NCBI RefSeq assembly: GCF_022539665.2
Contig: NC_081333.1
Location: forward strand, 9,672,001 to 9,736,000
DNA from: Daphnia carinata
Taxonomy: Eukaryota
Direction: 5' to 3'
Length of the DNA: 64,000 bases
The number at the start of each line of letters is the position of its first letter. Positions within the stretch are counted from its first letter, which is position 1. The notes under the pieces were generated by a model. The model did not search any database. It had not been told where the DNA came from and saw nothing but the letters and a program-made list of their open reading frames with translations. This document shows, in pieces, positions 26,254-42,283 of this stretch. The translations under genes and the position numbers were made by a program.

Positions 26254-29200
26254 TTATAAAGCATAGGTTTGTCCAGATTTGCCATTGCCAGAAGATACAC
26301 AACAATCTTGACTTCTGAAGCTGACAATGTCCTGATGGGCCGGAGGCGGACTGCTGGCCACAATCACTGGCACTGTTGAGGTCGTTCATAGCAATAATTT
26401 AGGTAGCTTCCTTTCACGCAGAACTTAATGTACGTACCGTGAAGAGTCTTGGAATCTCCTCCTCCAGTGTTTACCCGTAGTAGTGGTCCAGGGATTTTGG
26501 ATGTTACACCGCCAAGTGGAGCAACCACAACTGCTGGACTCTCAGAAGTTGAGCCATTCAGGTAACCTTTTTTTTTTAGATATGATTATCATTACTTAAT
26601 AATGTAATCATTGAAATAAAAGAAGAAGAACAAACCGAGTCGATTAATGAAAGGTTGCGTCAATTTCGTAGTGCCAGCAGCAAAGCGACGCCCGATTCCA
26701 TCCGCCCTGCTTTGCTGATTATTGCTGGTACGGTCGGGTATTCTCTGCTTCCTATTTCGTGGCTGCTCGACGGGCAACACCCTTCGTCTCCGCTTTGGTA
26801 ATTTCGACCTAGCCTGCGTGTGGCTGTAAAACATTGAGAAGTTGGAAACGATGACGGGCACGGGCAGCGAGATGGTGAGCACGCCAGCCAGAGCGCACAA
26901 GGCGCCAACAAACATCCCAGCATCTGCAAGAAACGTGAACGATATTCGCATTTGATTTTACGTTATTATGATTTGCTCCTACATGTTTTGGGTGCCATAT
27001 CTCCATAACCGACGGTAGTCATAGTTACGATAGCCCACCAAAGACCTTCGGGGATGCTCTACATTAGACCATCGAAGCAAAAAAAAAAAAAACAAGTCAA
27101 TCCAAATCATTTATTATTGCTGTGAATTGTTTACTTTGAAGTCGTTGTGTGGATTGGCCTGAAGTCGTTCGCCATAGTAGACGAGGCTGGCGAAGATGAC
27201 GATGCCCAACATCAAGAAAAAGACGAGTAGCGTCAATTCTTTAGCAGACGCTTTGAACGTGTGAATCTCGTGTTGAAATAGAATACAACAAAGATTATTT
27301 AAATGTAAGTGTTGGTCAGTTTTATCTTTGACACTTACGAGGATTTTGAGACCTGGAGAATGTCGGGTCAGTTTAAACAAACGCAAAATGCGGATGATTG
27401 AGAAAAATTCGAGGATGTCCGCATTGTCGACATGATGGGCCAGTTCCTGTACGCCCGCACATCAAAACACAAAGTGAGAGTAAGTCAACCGCCTAGCATT
27501 GCTACTTGATTATGTGTATCAGAGTGATTATTCTCAGTCAAGTATCATAAACGAAAAATTTCTCAAAATAAAACTGTACATGCAACTATTTGGTAATTTG
27601 CGTTTAATATTGATTATAATAGATTAGAGTTAATCGAATTTCTGGTCAAAAATTGCAAGTCAAACTTTTGTACGGGTTTAAAAAGTCGGGCTTAAAAAGT
27701 CGGGCTTATTTTTTTTTTATTTTTTTTTTTTTTTGCTAAAAATAAATATGTCAAATTATGCGGCATTACGATACTAATTTAAACGTAAATTACGAAAATC
27801 TACTTCATTTTTACGTATGACTCGTAATTTCAGAATTTTTTCGTTTGAAAAATCCGATTTTGTTCATAGGTTATCAGAGTGATTACTATGCAAATAATGA
27901 ATCGTCACATCTAATTTCGCCTGTAAGAGCATGTCGGTGTAGAAGGACAGAGTGGCCACTAGATCGATGACGTTGACGGGCGACTGCAGGAACTCACACT
28001 TGTCCGGACTGAAATTTCAGACAAGAACGTGCATATAAGACAGTGAGACAACAAATTAATAGGTCAACCATTCCCTGAATTAATATAAATGAAACAATGT
28101 ACAGCAGGTAACCTCCTGGTTTTGTACGTATGCTGTATGTAGATTATAGTGTATGCATAACGCAATCCCGCATGCATCTTCATTAACGAAGGTGAACAGG
28201 TAAACACCATACCTGACAACGAACCGAATGGAAATCTCCAGCGTGAACCAGATATTGCAGACCTGCAATTAAAACCCCGCCGAGTCAATACTTTGTGTTG
28301 TTGCGCAAACAGAACAAGGAAAAACACGTATACCAGTTCAACGTAGAAGAAAGCCTCGTGCGGTTCTCCAATAATCAGAGAGAAATCACGTTATTAGATT
28401 TATTGTTTGGCGAAGGACATTAAGCCATTGAATATTTACCAGTCTTAACCTTGTCCAGCAAGAAATAGGATGAATTGCCCGGTCCGCTGACGGTAATATT
28501 GCGGAGAAAGGGCACTCGCATGCTCGGATGTGTTTTCAGACAAAACGAGAGGACCGAGACACAGATGAAGAAGACGGAAATGACTGCCACCCCCTTGAAA
28601 TGGATTTTTTTTTTAATTTAATGATGGTAGTTACAAGTACACCTATTTTAACCATTATACGTAAATGTATGTATAATAAATAAATTCACGACATTGCGAA
28701 AGGGAAGGATGTGTTCGTCGTAGTTAAGTTTTAGCTGACGTATGTGGGTCGTACAATGTTGCATCCATCTACTGATTTACATACTGAATGTCATGCTTCC
28801 GTAGGCAGCCATAGGCATTATTAGATTTTTATGTGCGTTTGGGAATTCAGGGGTAATGCGACGCCTCGTTTTGCACTTTAGCCATTTCAATCATTGATTT
28901 TCAAAACTCTTGTATAGGGTTAGAGAGAAGTACCTGTGCGTAAAACTTGGAATTTCAGGTATTGGGAAAACGAGACTTCGTGCTCTGTGAACGCAACGGG
29001 GATATTTACTCCCAAGTCACTTGGGTGTTCCCTTTGCATTTTGGCCATGGTTTTTCTTTTACGCCCACTAATACGAAAAATCTGTCGGTATCGTGCTGAC
29101 TTTATTGGAGAAAAGTACATAAAAAAAAAAGAAAAGTTTTTGGGTCGAAGTTTGTCAACTCTGTTTACTGTTTTGATCGTCACTAGTGGTTTTTCATCTT

Positions 29201-32200
29201 GCTCTTGTGCTGCTGCACATAAAAGGGAGAAACTCTATGACATCGGCCTTAAGTGCACGGGAAACCAAAATAAGAAGATCGTATTGGTATCGCTGGGACT
29301 GTATGGGAAAGATGAAGTCCAATACAAAAACGTAAGTTTCCTTATTCCTTGAAATTCTTCCACAGAATGGAACGAATGAAAATCTATAAAATAAAATCCT
29401 GGATTGTATGCTGGCCTTCCAAAAGAGGAGGCTTCCAATCATTCACGATCCTGTGCCGCGAAAGGGAGTATATATTACGTATTGTAACGCCCATTTTGCC
29501 AGTCTATAAACGTTAGGAAAAGCTCTCTTTTCTCTGGCTCTGTCCGATCTTGTATATTCTATAATTCTTGTTTATTCGGCCGTATTTTTCGAGAAAAGCT
29601 TCACTGCCATCTGGCTCTTCAGCGCATCTAACCGCCCCCTCTCGACCCAAACTTTTGATGCCGTTCGTCCTTTTACAACCAATCTGATCTTGAATTTGCC
29701 TCGTATTCTATAGAATAAAGGAGGAAGGAGAAAAAACCAATACAAAAGACTAGTCCATTTCATATGTGTTGGAGAATAAAAACAATATAAACAGACATTA
29801 TGCAGTTTGGTTATTCACGCTCGACAAAGTCCGCCGCCCTTCGTTTGACAATCTCTACATGAACAGTACTCGAGCAAACCACGACATTTTTTTCATTGTC
29901 TTTCATACTTTAAAAAATTGTATTTTTCATCGTCTTTGGTACACGCTGCATCTGATTCACTGAAATATCGTCCATGTCTTTGTTTCCCTTTTTCTGTTTC
30001 ATGATTTAAAAGTTTGGCATTCAAAATCCCGAAAATGGTGAGACGAAATTACGTAGGCGTCAAGCAAAACGAAAGATTAAAATAAAAGGGATTTTCAAAT
30101 TTATGTGAAGAAAAGGAAAGATAATGAAACGTGAAATGTCTCTGGATTATCCCTGTACTAATGGTCGATAATTAGCTTTTCGTAACTTTTGCGTCCATGC
30201 AACGCAAAGAGGAAAATAAATCGCTTAAATGCAAGGGCTAGGCATTAGGCTTTTTTCTTCTATCCTCTATCTATTATCGTAGTATTTTCGATCTCTCTTG
30301 GCATATTGCGTGCTCTCTGTCTGGTAAAAAATTGCATCGCATCACTTGCAATCGCTAATGAGGCGAGTGTCAGTAAAACGATTTGTCCTCAAAGTTACCA
30401 CCAAAATCCTCTTCGTCACTGTCAACGCTACACGTCTATCGGAAATATCCTTCCATATTAATTCCTGCACTTAGTAAAAAAAAAAAAAGAACGTCGTTTA
30501 CAGACGAAAGGATGATGGAACGAACAAACAACAACTTATTTTAATTGCTTTTTTCATATGCGATAGAATGAGCAAATCACGACAGCTGCCTTTGAAGTCT
30601 CGTAGACGAAAATTTCTCAAAATCAAACTGTACATGCAACTATTTGGTAATCTGCGTTTAATATTGGTTATCATAGATTAGGTTTAATCGAATTTCTGGT
30701 CAAAAATTGCAAGCCAAACTTTTGTACTAAAAGTCGGGCTTAAAAAGTCGGGCTTATTTTTTTTTTCGCTAAAAATAAATATGGCAAATTATGCAGCATT
30801 ACGATACTGAATTAAACGTATATTACGATATCTACTTCATTTTTACGTATGACTCGTAATTTCAGAACTTTTCGTTTGAAAAGTTCAATTTTGTTTATGT
30901 GGGGTTTGAAGTGCAATTTCTAAGTGGCCATTAGACGGTAGCGCAGCATCTCCCTGAATTTGCTGATACGAATGGTTAACCTGAAAACAGAGGTTATTTA
31001 TTTTAAAAAGCCAGTCAAACGACATTCCATAAAAAAAAGCAAGTTGTTGGATGCCACCCTTTCTTTTTAACTTGATAGCCACTCTACCCGCTTTATTCGC
31101 ACTACGGGGTGTGCGCCGGCGGTTAGAAATTGGTCGGTTTATTGATTGTCCACCATTATAGACGTAGCCCACCAGTGCATCGAAATGAAAAGGGGTACGT
31201 ACAAAAACGTGGGACGAAGACATTTGTAGTGATGTGTTTTTACCTTGGCCGGGAGAGATGAGTAGGGCTCGTCAAACAGCGACCATGTGGCTGGCTTGAA
31301 TCGCTGCCATAAACCTTTTTTAGTAGAGAAAAATATATATATATTGGTAGTAATTTTAATATGTAGCAATAAAAGGTTTCCTTTCTTCTTTCTTACTAAG
31401 GCGTCCGGCCAGGTAATCTTCTTCGTAGCCGAATTTTCTGGCAATCTCCTCTTCCGTTGGCTTCTCCGTTTCGATGTCCAGTTTGTCCAAAATGGCCAGT
31501 GTTTGCTATTATAGCAAGAAAAAAAGAATAAATTTAAATAATCCAATAGTGGACGCATTCGACCCCACTCCCGTTTGATTAAAAATCAAACTCGTGACAT
31601 TTTCACTTCCCTTTTTTTTATGAAAAATGCGGTGCTGGTGAACTTGATCGAAATAATGTTTTTTCTATCACTTTAGCTCACGACGGTTCTTCACGATCGA
31701 TTCATATCACTTGGCTTGTCGTTTCCCCTCTGCTCAATTGAAAATAAATCGCCCCCCGGAAAATTATCCAACTAGAAAACGGGAAATCCCGTTCCGTCTA
31801 GTTTCTCTTCTCAGTTGCACACTAGACAACCGCGACCATCTTATTTATTACTGCTGGACTCGGCTGTTCTTATAGAGTTAAAGGGACGGCTATACCGATC
31901 TATTTATTGTTTGATTTGAAGGCGTCTGAGAGGATTCATCATGGGGACGTGATGAAGGAAGGCCAAAGTGTTGGAAACGCGATCCCATGTAATATGTGTA
32001 CATTTTACTTGTCAATATCACCACCCTATTTGCTGTGCACACTCCGTCCTAGGGAAGAAAGTTTTCGTGATAACGAAACATTTGCCCTGGGCCTCGGGAA
32101 GTTGAATCGAAGCAGCCGCTCTCATTTTGGAGTTTTTGGATATTGAGAGAACATCAAGGATGTGGAGAAATCAATAAAGAAAACTAAAAAGAGAAATGTT

Positions 32201-33747
32201 GGGCAGCACGTCTTCCTGTTTAGCAATCAACTCTCGATCTTGTTAACTTGCCCATTTCAAAGTTCTCGCACTCCCTGCGTTTAGTCATTTTTCCCCTCAG
32301 CCTCTTATTACTCCTAACTCCATCATAAGAATCAACTAAAAAGCCCGTCCGGTAAAAGCTATTTTAAACAAATAAAAATACACCGAGGTTTCGTCTAATT
32401 TGTGGATAATGTCAGCCATGACGTCATCGTTATGCCAAAAAGATGCAAGTCTATTGTTAGGTGTTTCAGAAGTCAGGGAACGACGTGTATCACATGTCAC
32501 TCAGTGGACTTCCGTATTTCTATGCATAGATTTAATTAAATCTGGCGTGGAATATTCCCTAGTCTAGTGCGGCATCTTTTGTTCCCCATCATCCGCTCGG
32601 ATGGATCAATTTCATTTCGCTTGGTTTTGGCATGATTATTACAAGATAGCAAACCCAACAGCCCACGAGTTTCTATGTGTACCGTGTTCCTTGCTGGGCG
32701 TTAATAGCTTGTGTGTAGTGGCTACAAGTTAGTGCCGTGAATCAAAAACGAAGCCAATCTATTGTCGAATAATGGTCTGGTCGGTTGAGTTTCGCCAATG
32801 CCTGATTGGTTTGGTACGCAGGGAATAGAAGCTCAGCAAAATGGACTGGATATTTTCATTGAAGATATGCTGCTATAAGTCATTCGTAATGTTAACGATC
32901 TAGCCAATCACACGATAACAGATGGTGAACAACACAAAAACTATTATCGCGTGGATAGACGCCTGACTGAAACTCTCCGATGACTACGTGTTAACATATG
33001 AATCATTCCTGCTCGAATTTAGAGAGTTTTTTTGTAGATTCTAAAGAAAGACGATCGATACAAAACGTTTATAGAAACGGACAGAAAGAAATAAAGCTAT
33101 AATTCATCGATTGTCACAAAAAGTTGCGAACTATTTTGAATTTCCCGCGCCGAAGATGAATACAGAAAATTGTTTTCCCTTTCCAGTCGAATAACCTCCG
33201 ACCAACTGTCTAACTTTTTGCTTTCTTTGAACATTATATAACGCATCGTTGCTCGGCCTTCGTATAATTGAATGCTGCATGGAAGTCACGTTTTCTGTGT
33301 ATGTCTACTGATTTGTCGTGTTACGAGTTCGACGCACTTTGAATTTATTTCTATGTTGGCATTCGATGTCGATTTCATATTCTAAGAAAGAAAAAAGGAT
33401 ACCTGCGTGTCGCGGTGGACGGTGTAAGTCATCCAGCAACAGGGCTCGACTTGATTGGAGTCGAGTCCCCAAAATTCGAGCTCCTCCTCGAAGAGTGGCC
33501 CGCAAACATGCGACGGGTAGTGGAGCTTGCCGGTGCGGTAATAGTTGAGGATCTGCGAGAAGACGCCCGGATGCCGGTCGAAAAAGTATTCGTTAAGGAT
33601 CGGGTCATAGTTGACGAGGGCTTCGGTCAGCCTCGACAATCTTGTGGCCGGGATCTTTTTCAAAGTCGTCTTGTACGTCTCGAATCGGATTCCGCCCACG
33701 TTCAGCACGATCCGGTTCTCGCCGTCCATTGCCATAATTTCATCCAC
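26254..33747 (-). CDS. Shaw: Shaw-family (Kv3) voltage-gated potassium channel, about 14 exons
   Basis: T1 domain [49 protein letters not shown]4 [14 protein letters not shown], pore [17 protein letters not shown]6 [10 protein letters not shown]. Last exons predicted to end GQTYAL-stop. Confidence 0.93.
27531..27871. mobile_element. Non-autonomous MITE-like interspersed repeat, copy 1 (Shaw intron)
   Basis: Colinear and highly similar to 30599-30904. Imperfect subterminal inverted repeat AAACGAAAAATTTCTCAAAAT / ATTTCAGAATTTTTTCGTTT. Flanked by the 14-bp direct repeat TATCAGAGTGATTA (27517-27530, 27872-27885). No ORF. Confidence 0.72.
30599..30904. mobile_element. Non-autonomous MITE-like interspersed repeat, copy 2 (Shaw intron)
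   Basis: Same internal sequence including (AAAAGTCGGGCTTA)x2 and a T tract. Flanked by the 8-bp direct repeat TTTGAAGT (30591-30598, 30905-30912). Confidence 0.7.
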
Positions 33748-36700
33748 TCGGTCGAGTGCCTATACGCTGATATTCACAAAAATATACAACACGTTTAATT
33801 GAAAAATGATTGTTTTGAAATGCCTCAAGTTGAACACATTTATTTATTTTATTTTTGACAAAAAAAAAAAAATAATCGTTGGAAACTATGCCCTCCGTCC
33901 GAGGGGCACTGATTGCTCTACTTTGATCGTCTGATGTATAGGGGACGTGTAATTCGTACAGGAAATTTCGTCCTACAAAATTATATTGTTTTTTATACTC
34001 TATATTCTTCCGCAACAATCAACTTGTAACAATGTTATCGACAAAAAAAAAGAAATGATTCGTTTTTGTTTCATAGTGGAGCTTATCCTTGTTTGGTTGT
34101 TTTCGATTGACGGGAGAAAATAATAAGACTGGCTTCGAAAACGATCGGACATGGCAAATTGGTCTAAGAGATTTTCTTGTTTGAATCTCTCGTTTGCCGT
34201 ACCCTATCCTGAAATAATAGACGTACAACCAAGGAAAGAAGTCTGTTTTCATACGAAACTGCAGCTTTGTATATACGAGGCCCGTTTTCTTAGCATTTCG
34301 GATAAGGGGCGCTCTTTGACGATAGCATAATGAATGTATTTCTTTTGTAATGTTTTAACCTACAGTATATAGATGTATACGTGTAGACGTATCGATCGAT
34401 GTTCAATGTCGAGTGGTTGCTGAAAAAAGCCTTTAGGTCTTTATGTATATACGGAATGTATATTAGTTGGGTGTTCTTTTCAAATGGGCCGTTAAATCGA
34501 ATAACTTTCTTTTGGGTATTATATAAGAGAGAGGAGCCAAGGATCATTGAATATAAAAGCGATGGTGGGTAGAACGCATCATTTTTTTTCTTGCTTCTTA
34601 TCACACGTACATATATCAGCATATAAACTTCTTTTTAACGTTCAATTTTTTTTTTTCGATTGAAATATCTCGAACAACCCGCCACTGACTTTACCATTAC
34701 TTACCGAGTGGGGAAAAAAAATTTATCTCTTTTTTCGAGGTGCTATATAAACGAAAAAAAAAGATGGCCTACATGTTGTATGGCAAGGCAAACGTGAAAT
34801 ATCTCCAGCTGTTAGGATATGAAAAAGACTATGAGAAATGGGATCACACCATCCATGGGTAGAGCCTTTAAAAATAATAGAGAAAGCATCGTCATCCAAT
34901 GGACGGTGAATGCATCCAAACGATAAGCTTCCAAGATTTATGTGCCACATCCAATTGAACTGCACTTAAGTAAAAAACAAGTTGCAAATGTTTCTAAATA
35001 ACTGTTACTTAAAAACCTTTATGCCTACAAAACAGTTAGGTTGGTATAATTGGGTTGACCAATTAAAGGAATCATTAAGCAGCGATGATGATTGCGAGTA
35101 GCTAACAAAGACCAGTATTTGTTCCACCATATAATAGACAGACATGTATGGCTTTTGCCCGCCTCCTTATAGCTTATACTCAGTAGGCAGCTCATTTAGA
35201 CAAAAAAAATTATTTAATTAAATGAGGCTGTATGGATGCAGCCTAGGCATCTTACTGCTCCGTGAATATATAGGCTACAAAGTATCAAAATGATATTATT
35301 AGCGGTAGTCCCTCTGGTAGCATTACCCGTCATTTTAGACGTGCGGTTTACGTGTCTGATACAGAAGCTTTTAGCCGAGGCAATTATTCGAGAATACCAT
35401 GGAACGTGTATGGTAGTAAGATCTATGTATGATGCGCGAAGCCTTTAGCTGTAGTGACTAGACGGTATTTACTCCCCCATATAATGCAGGAAAAGAAGGC
35501 GAGGCTTCCTTAATTAATTCAATTCAACTGATGGGTATCCAGGAGATTAGACAGAGCTACGAATCAAAGGGAGTCTTCGATAACCCATCCATTTTCTCCA
35601 CGAGTTTTTGGTATTTGGTTGGATAAGCGCGGCGAAACTATGGTGCTGTACATTAGGCATGGAAGCTAACACAAATTTCAACAATATCATTACTACGAAT
35701 GAATAGAGCTGATGTTATTGTCAAAACGCAGAGAGCTTCTGAGTTATAAAGAAGGATTCCTTGCGACAAGATCAAGCAGGATGTAAAATATCAGCGAAAA
35801 GTTGAACAGCGTCAGCATACAGATGCGGGGAAAGAATGTGCAAGAGACATATTTGTATTATGACGTGTTTGTCTACCCAATTTTTAGCTAGCGGCAGCGT
35901 TTTCGGTAAACCCATGCAGCAATAACTTTCAGCCAACACAATATAAAAAAGTTCACATGTAAGAAATGAGTGGATGGGCCCTTGACAGGAAAACATTTAA
36001 ACTCCAACACATAGCGATGCAATCAACTGAACTATTCATGTGTCTCATACATTATAGATTTTCAGGAACTCAACTTCTAATAACGTTAGCTCGCTTACTC
36101 GTGTAGATGTGAAACAAGTCCCGAAAATCTTGCCGACCAAAGTCCCGGACGAAGAATCGTTAGCTGATCGCTTTGTTGAATATAACAGTTTTAATCAAAG
36201 CTCCACTGAAGGAACACACAGATGGCTGCTGAGAAGACGGATCGAACAAATATCAAGATAAAAGTCATCCCGATGATTCACCGGTTTCTCTTCGATCCAG
36301 CGGCAGAAACGCGTCAAAAACAAATCAAACGAAACAAATATTTTCTCCTTTGTTTTCATAGCACTATCGTCTGTCAATATATAGATATAAAAAAGATAAC
36401 AGTGCACTTGGTGTGCGTGTGTTCACCGCCCCTATATTTTCTATAAATGAAACAAACAGTGGAAGAGAAGTTACGTTGGATATAGTGGGAAAAAGGATCC
36501 ATCGATGACCAACTCTTCAATCCTCGTCATGTTTATATATATATTTACCAACCGGAATTGATCTTTTTTCTATTTACAGTTGGCTGATTTCGGAGAGACG
36601 CACGGCGCACGAAGGAAATGAACGAGCAGCAGAAAATACAAAGCGTACATAGCCAACCAATTTTTTTTTCTCTCTCTCTTTATATTACAGCAAAAAAAAA

Positions 36701-39700
36701 ATTACAAAGGATTTCTCCGAACAACAAGATGGTGCTATCCTGCTGACTGGTCTGCGTGAATGTATATAGAAAACTGGTTCACGATTGAAAGAATTTAGAG
36801 TCGACAGCAGCTCGTCATCTCCTGTTGAAAGAACATATTGGATCGTGTGTGTAGGCCTATATAGCTCCTATTCTCGACGAACCGAAAGCTCTCAAATCAT
36901 CTTTGCATAAATTTCTCATACGCATGCATGTTATCCTGGTGCGTATAAATTTGCGTTATAGCACCTCGACGTATGTGAGTCTGTCCCGATCTCTATCGAT
37001 AGGGCGTCGTTGGGTTGGAAATTTATAGACGGAGCAAGAAAACAAAAGAATATAGCACTACTAATTTCTGTGAGCTACTGTACAAATCGCAAAAGCCAAT
37101 GTGCATAAATCATCATATTTACGTTTTATATATTACATTCTGTTATTTGTTTAAAAGTCTCTGTTAGCTTCTTGGTTCCTATACATGTTGCCAAACAGTT
37201 ATATCGTATCGTTCTTCTTTATTTTTGTTGTGCTGACAGTCTGCCACATGTGCCAACATATTGAAGATAATCGCACTATAAAGAAACTGATTTATTCTAG
37301 TCCGGCTAAAAAAAAGGCGAACATCGAAAACGATATATATATATATTTTTTTTTGCTTTCTTGTATTTGCACGTATGCGGATCTACGCTCTCTGATAGAT
37401 GCTATATTGCCTAGAAAGAAAAATCGATATGCACAAGCCAAGAAGTGTGAAATCCTTTTCTTTCATGTCTAGTTTCGCACAGCAGCCATACAGATCCTCT
37501 TGCCCCTTTTCTTATTGTAAAACCAGTTCCGTGTTTTTATACTAAAAAAGAAAGTGAAAAGTTTCGTACACGAGATTAAAATGTAAAGTCTCGATCGAAG
37601 AGATCTCCCAAGCGCATTTTATGTATGCGTTGGGAACATTTCGCGAGTCCGTCTTTTCAATTGTATAAGACGAGGTAGATATAAACAGAACGTATAGATA
37701 TGTAAGCTGATATACCTGCAATTTTATTGTTCATCTTGTAATCTACTTTTTGAATAAACTGAAGGAAGTGCTAGCGTATCAAATAACATCTATAATATTA
37801 TCACAAAAATATGACAAGGAAAAATGAGCAGTTCAATAGATTTCCTACTGCAAAAGTTGGCCATATATAGCAAAGTGTCGTGTAGGCACGTGGGGAAAGA
37901 CCAAGAAAACGACCGGCTGTTGGACGTGTTTCATTCATCTTTCATCCTTTTGTCGTTCAAGTATATCCGGAGTTATTCACTCATCAGTTACAAAGACAGA
38001 GATACACACGCCTATAACTTCGACATTCGTGTTGCACCATTAATGCTTCCAACTATTTTAAATTACGCCATTATTATTATATGGATAAAATTATATTGAT
38101 CGCCATACTTTAATGAAAAGGAGCCACAGAATTATCGATAAGTCTCTCGCGTGATTCTATTGGGAAATTGCAACGAAGATTAGTGATGCCAGTTCAACTT
38201 TATTCCAGCATCAAAAGAAGCGTAATAAAGAATATAATAATAAAAAAAAAAGCGAGAAGATAAAGTTAAAGTTCAGTCAAACCAAGACTTCCTTTTGGCA
38301 GCTGATATACTTTTTTTGGCGGCGTCTATACAAATCGAATAAACAATGCCCACTTATAAATATTTACGATCTAAAAACGACTGTCAACTCCAGCCCACAC
38401 AAGAATTTCTCTATAATAAATTGAATTTAGTTGGCATATTTTTCAGTTTCTTTTTGCCATGCCATGCTATGCCAACTCTTTACACATATAAACTTGACGT
38501 TGAACTGTATAGAACGTCGCTCTACATAAACCGAAATCCATCTTAGCGCGCATAGACAATATATGGACTGTATATACTAAATAAATGGGGGACATGTCTA
38601 TTTAGCTATTAAAAGTGAACAGCAGGCAATACTTGCATCCAAATTATACCTCGGCTCGGCCGGTGGACGTGACAGACTTGACGAAAAACCAATCAATGGG
38701 ATGTCGTGTTCCGTCGATGGATATCGCGTGATTCAAGTTGACTGGATGACACGGAGCGATATTAGCGGCTACATATAAAACAAATCTGGCAGGAAAAAAA
38801 TAACCTTTTGCAAATGTTTGTGGGGAAAAAACGTTTGCAGTTCTGAACACTATCCACAAGAGACAAAACGTTGTCCGAAAATAATCTGTTGCCTTAAGAT
38901 CTAGGCGGTGTCAGCACGCAACAGTCAGGGAGACACGACTGGTCTTTGATGCAAACAATTCTTCATCTTTCATGTTGTGAAACTCTGCGCGTATTATCCG
39001 TGTGGCTGTTTAGCCTCTTCACGCAGCATAGATTTGCTATTGGAAGGCGCATGTGCTGTCTATATGCACCAGGCTGACGGTTGCATTCGCTTAAAATGAA
39101 TATCTTTATATGTCTGCGCATACTACTGTACCACGTTGCACAGCATCTATTTAGATTAAAAGCTCCCGTCCCTTACTGTATACACATCACGTACGTACGA
39201 GTAGAAAACGCGGAGTTGTACGTGTGAACGTAATGGTGATTGTGTCAATGAGATTAGTTCCCGGATTAATCGATTGTTATTCCTGACCTTCTGTCGATTT
39301 TAGCAGTGGCCATACGCATTAGACGTCTTTAGGTAATGAAAGAATTTGTATATAGAACGTCTGTCGCTGCGCATATAGAGAGACTATTGGCTTACATTTT
39401 TTAGTCGAATGAGTAATGTGCGATTGCTCGCTATCTCATTCATAGGTCTTCCTGTGTGTTATTACGTATCGCTTTTTCTTTTTGCATTTAGTAGAAAGAG
39501 AGAGAAAAAATGAAGCTGCTGAATGGGCTGCCTTTACGGGGAAACATTCACACCCTGATGAGATTTTTATCCCCTTTTTTTGCATCATTTGTGCAAAATG
39601 AAGGAAAGAAAAAGAAAGGATTCAAAAAGGATGAACGAGTTATATTTATACGCGTGCGTGCTCTATACTTGGTATCGGTGATGTTCGCAACGACTTTATA

Positions 39701-41139
39701 TTGCAAGTAATATCTATACGGGAAATCTTCTTCTTTACTTTAAAGCATTTTTTTGGGGGGGGCGATGGGTACCGCTGTAGAAGCTGGTGGCATGGTGACA
39801 CGTCTTCTCGAGACGGGTTTGCTTAGGCCGTTACATGGGATTTGTCACGACTATAAGAGCCCTTCTGCGTGCTCAGTTCGGGCAAATGTGGGCGTCCGCT
39901 TTATAGTGATCATCAGTCGAAACGTTCACTAGCCATTTGAAAAAGAACAAGAACAACAGGCAGCAGCCACGTTCGTCCTTTCGATAAACAATGTAAATTT
40001 AAAAGATATGCAGAAGAGACATGTCCTCTGCTGGCAAGTATTTTTAGGAGTTGATATACCTACGCGATTCTAGTCCTCGTATCAGCTGAAATTTACATTC
40101 AGATTGCCTGGTATTTGAAATGCTGATGAGCGACATTTCCTTCTGAGGCCTCCATCATTTTTAGTCCACCACTCAGACATATATCTTGCTATCTCTTCTA
40201 TCTGAGCACATCTGCATGTTGATTGCGGTCCCTCTCCTGGCTTTCTTCCTCGTATAATGTGAAAAACGTCATTGCTGAATTATTTGCAGCACTATTCACG
40301 CGGGAATTGTAAATCTAATTTGAAACTAGCAACACGATCCCGCGTTTGCTGTCGAGTGAACAACTTTGATTGGCAGAGGCAAAATCGTCCTCTATTAATC
40401 TGTGATAGGAACAGACTGACTGTGACTGTGATCGACATCGTATAATCCTACAAAATATAATAATAATGGGAAAATTAATTGGACGCTTTCGCAGGATACT
40501 TTACTGGCTCATAAATGTCGGGACATTTCGTTTTATTAATGTTCGAGATGACATTTCGTGTTAAAGTGAAAGATGTGCAATATGCTCGAAGCTTGTATGG
40601 TATACGAATATTACTTTCACTTTATTATCTGCCACTTAGCCAGACATACTGCTTACCAAACATACAAGCGTTTATCTTTGAAATGTGCCTTGATAAGATT
40701 GTTCCCCTTGCCAATTATAGCACAATTTTATTTATGTATGAGGAAATATCAAGTGGTGCAATAAAATGAAACTTGTCAATAGCCTTAATTTCACTACCCC
40801 GTTAAAGGATTTGGTTGATAAAGTTCATCATATGTTTTAAACCATTTTGACAAACAGTTATTCGGTATAAGTTCTGCTGTGTTCAAGATAATATACGCGA
40901 AAATTTGGCAAATGAAATGTGTAATATTGCATTGTGATTTGTGAGTCTGTGAATCTGTGACATTATTTTGCCGTGTTTATAAAAGAAATAATGGAATTAC
41001 AGTAGCCATTGCAGGTTGCTGTTTAGAAACGAGAGCTTGGTATTTTGACAGCACCTACACAATTAAGAACGCCAGTGTCGTCTACTGTCCTTACCCATTA
41101 TCGCATTATTGTTGCTAACTCCGATCAGTAATTATTGTC

Positions 41140-42283
<1,144 letters not shown>

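Noticed and set aside
28920..32146. Multiple 60-140 aa ORFs in Shaw introns
   Set aside because: Composition is F/K/I-rich from A/T tracts with no domains. Only short embedded Shaw exons are supported.
37595..37645. Hairpin TCCCAAGCGCAT/ATGCGTTGGGA as a pre-miRNA
   Set aside because: The stem is too short and I recognise no known miRNA sequence.
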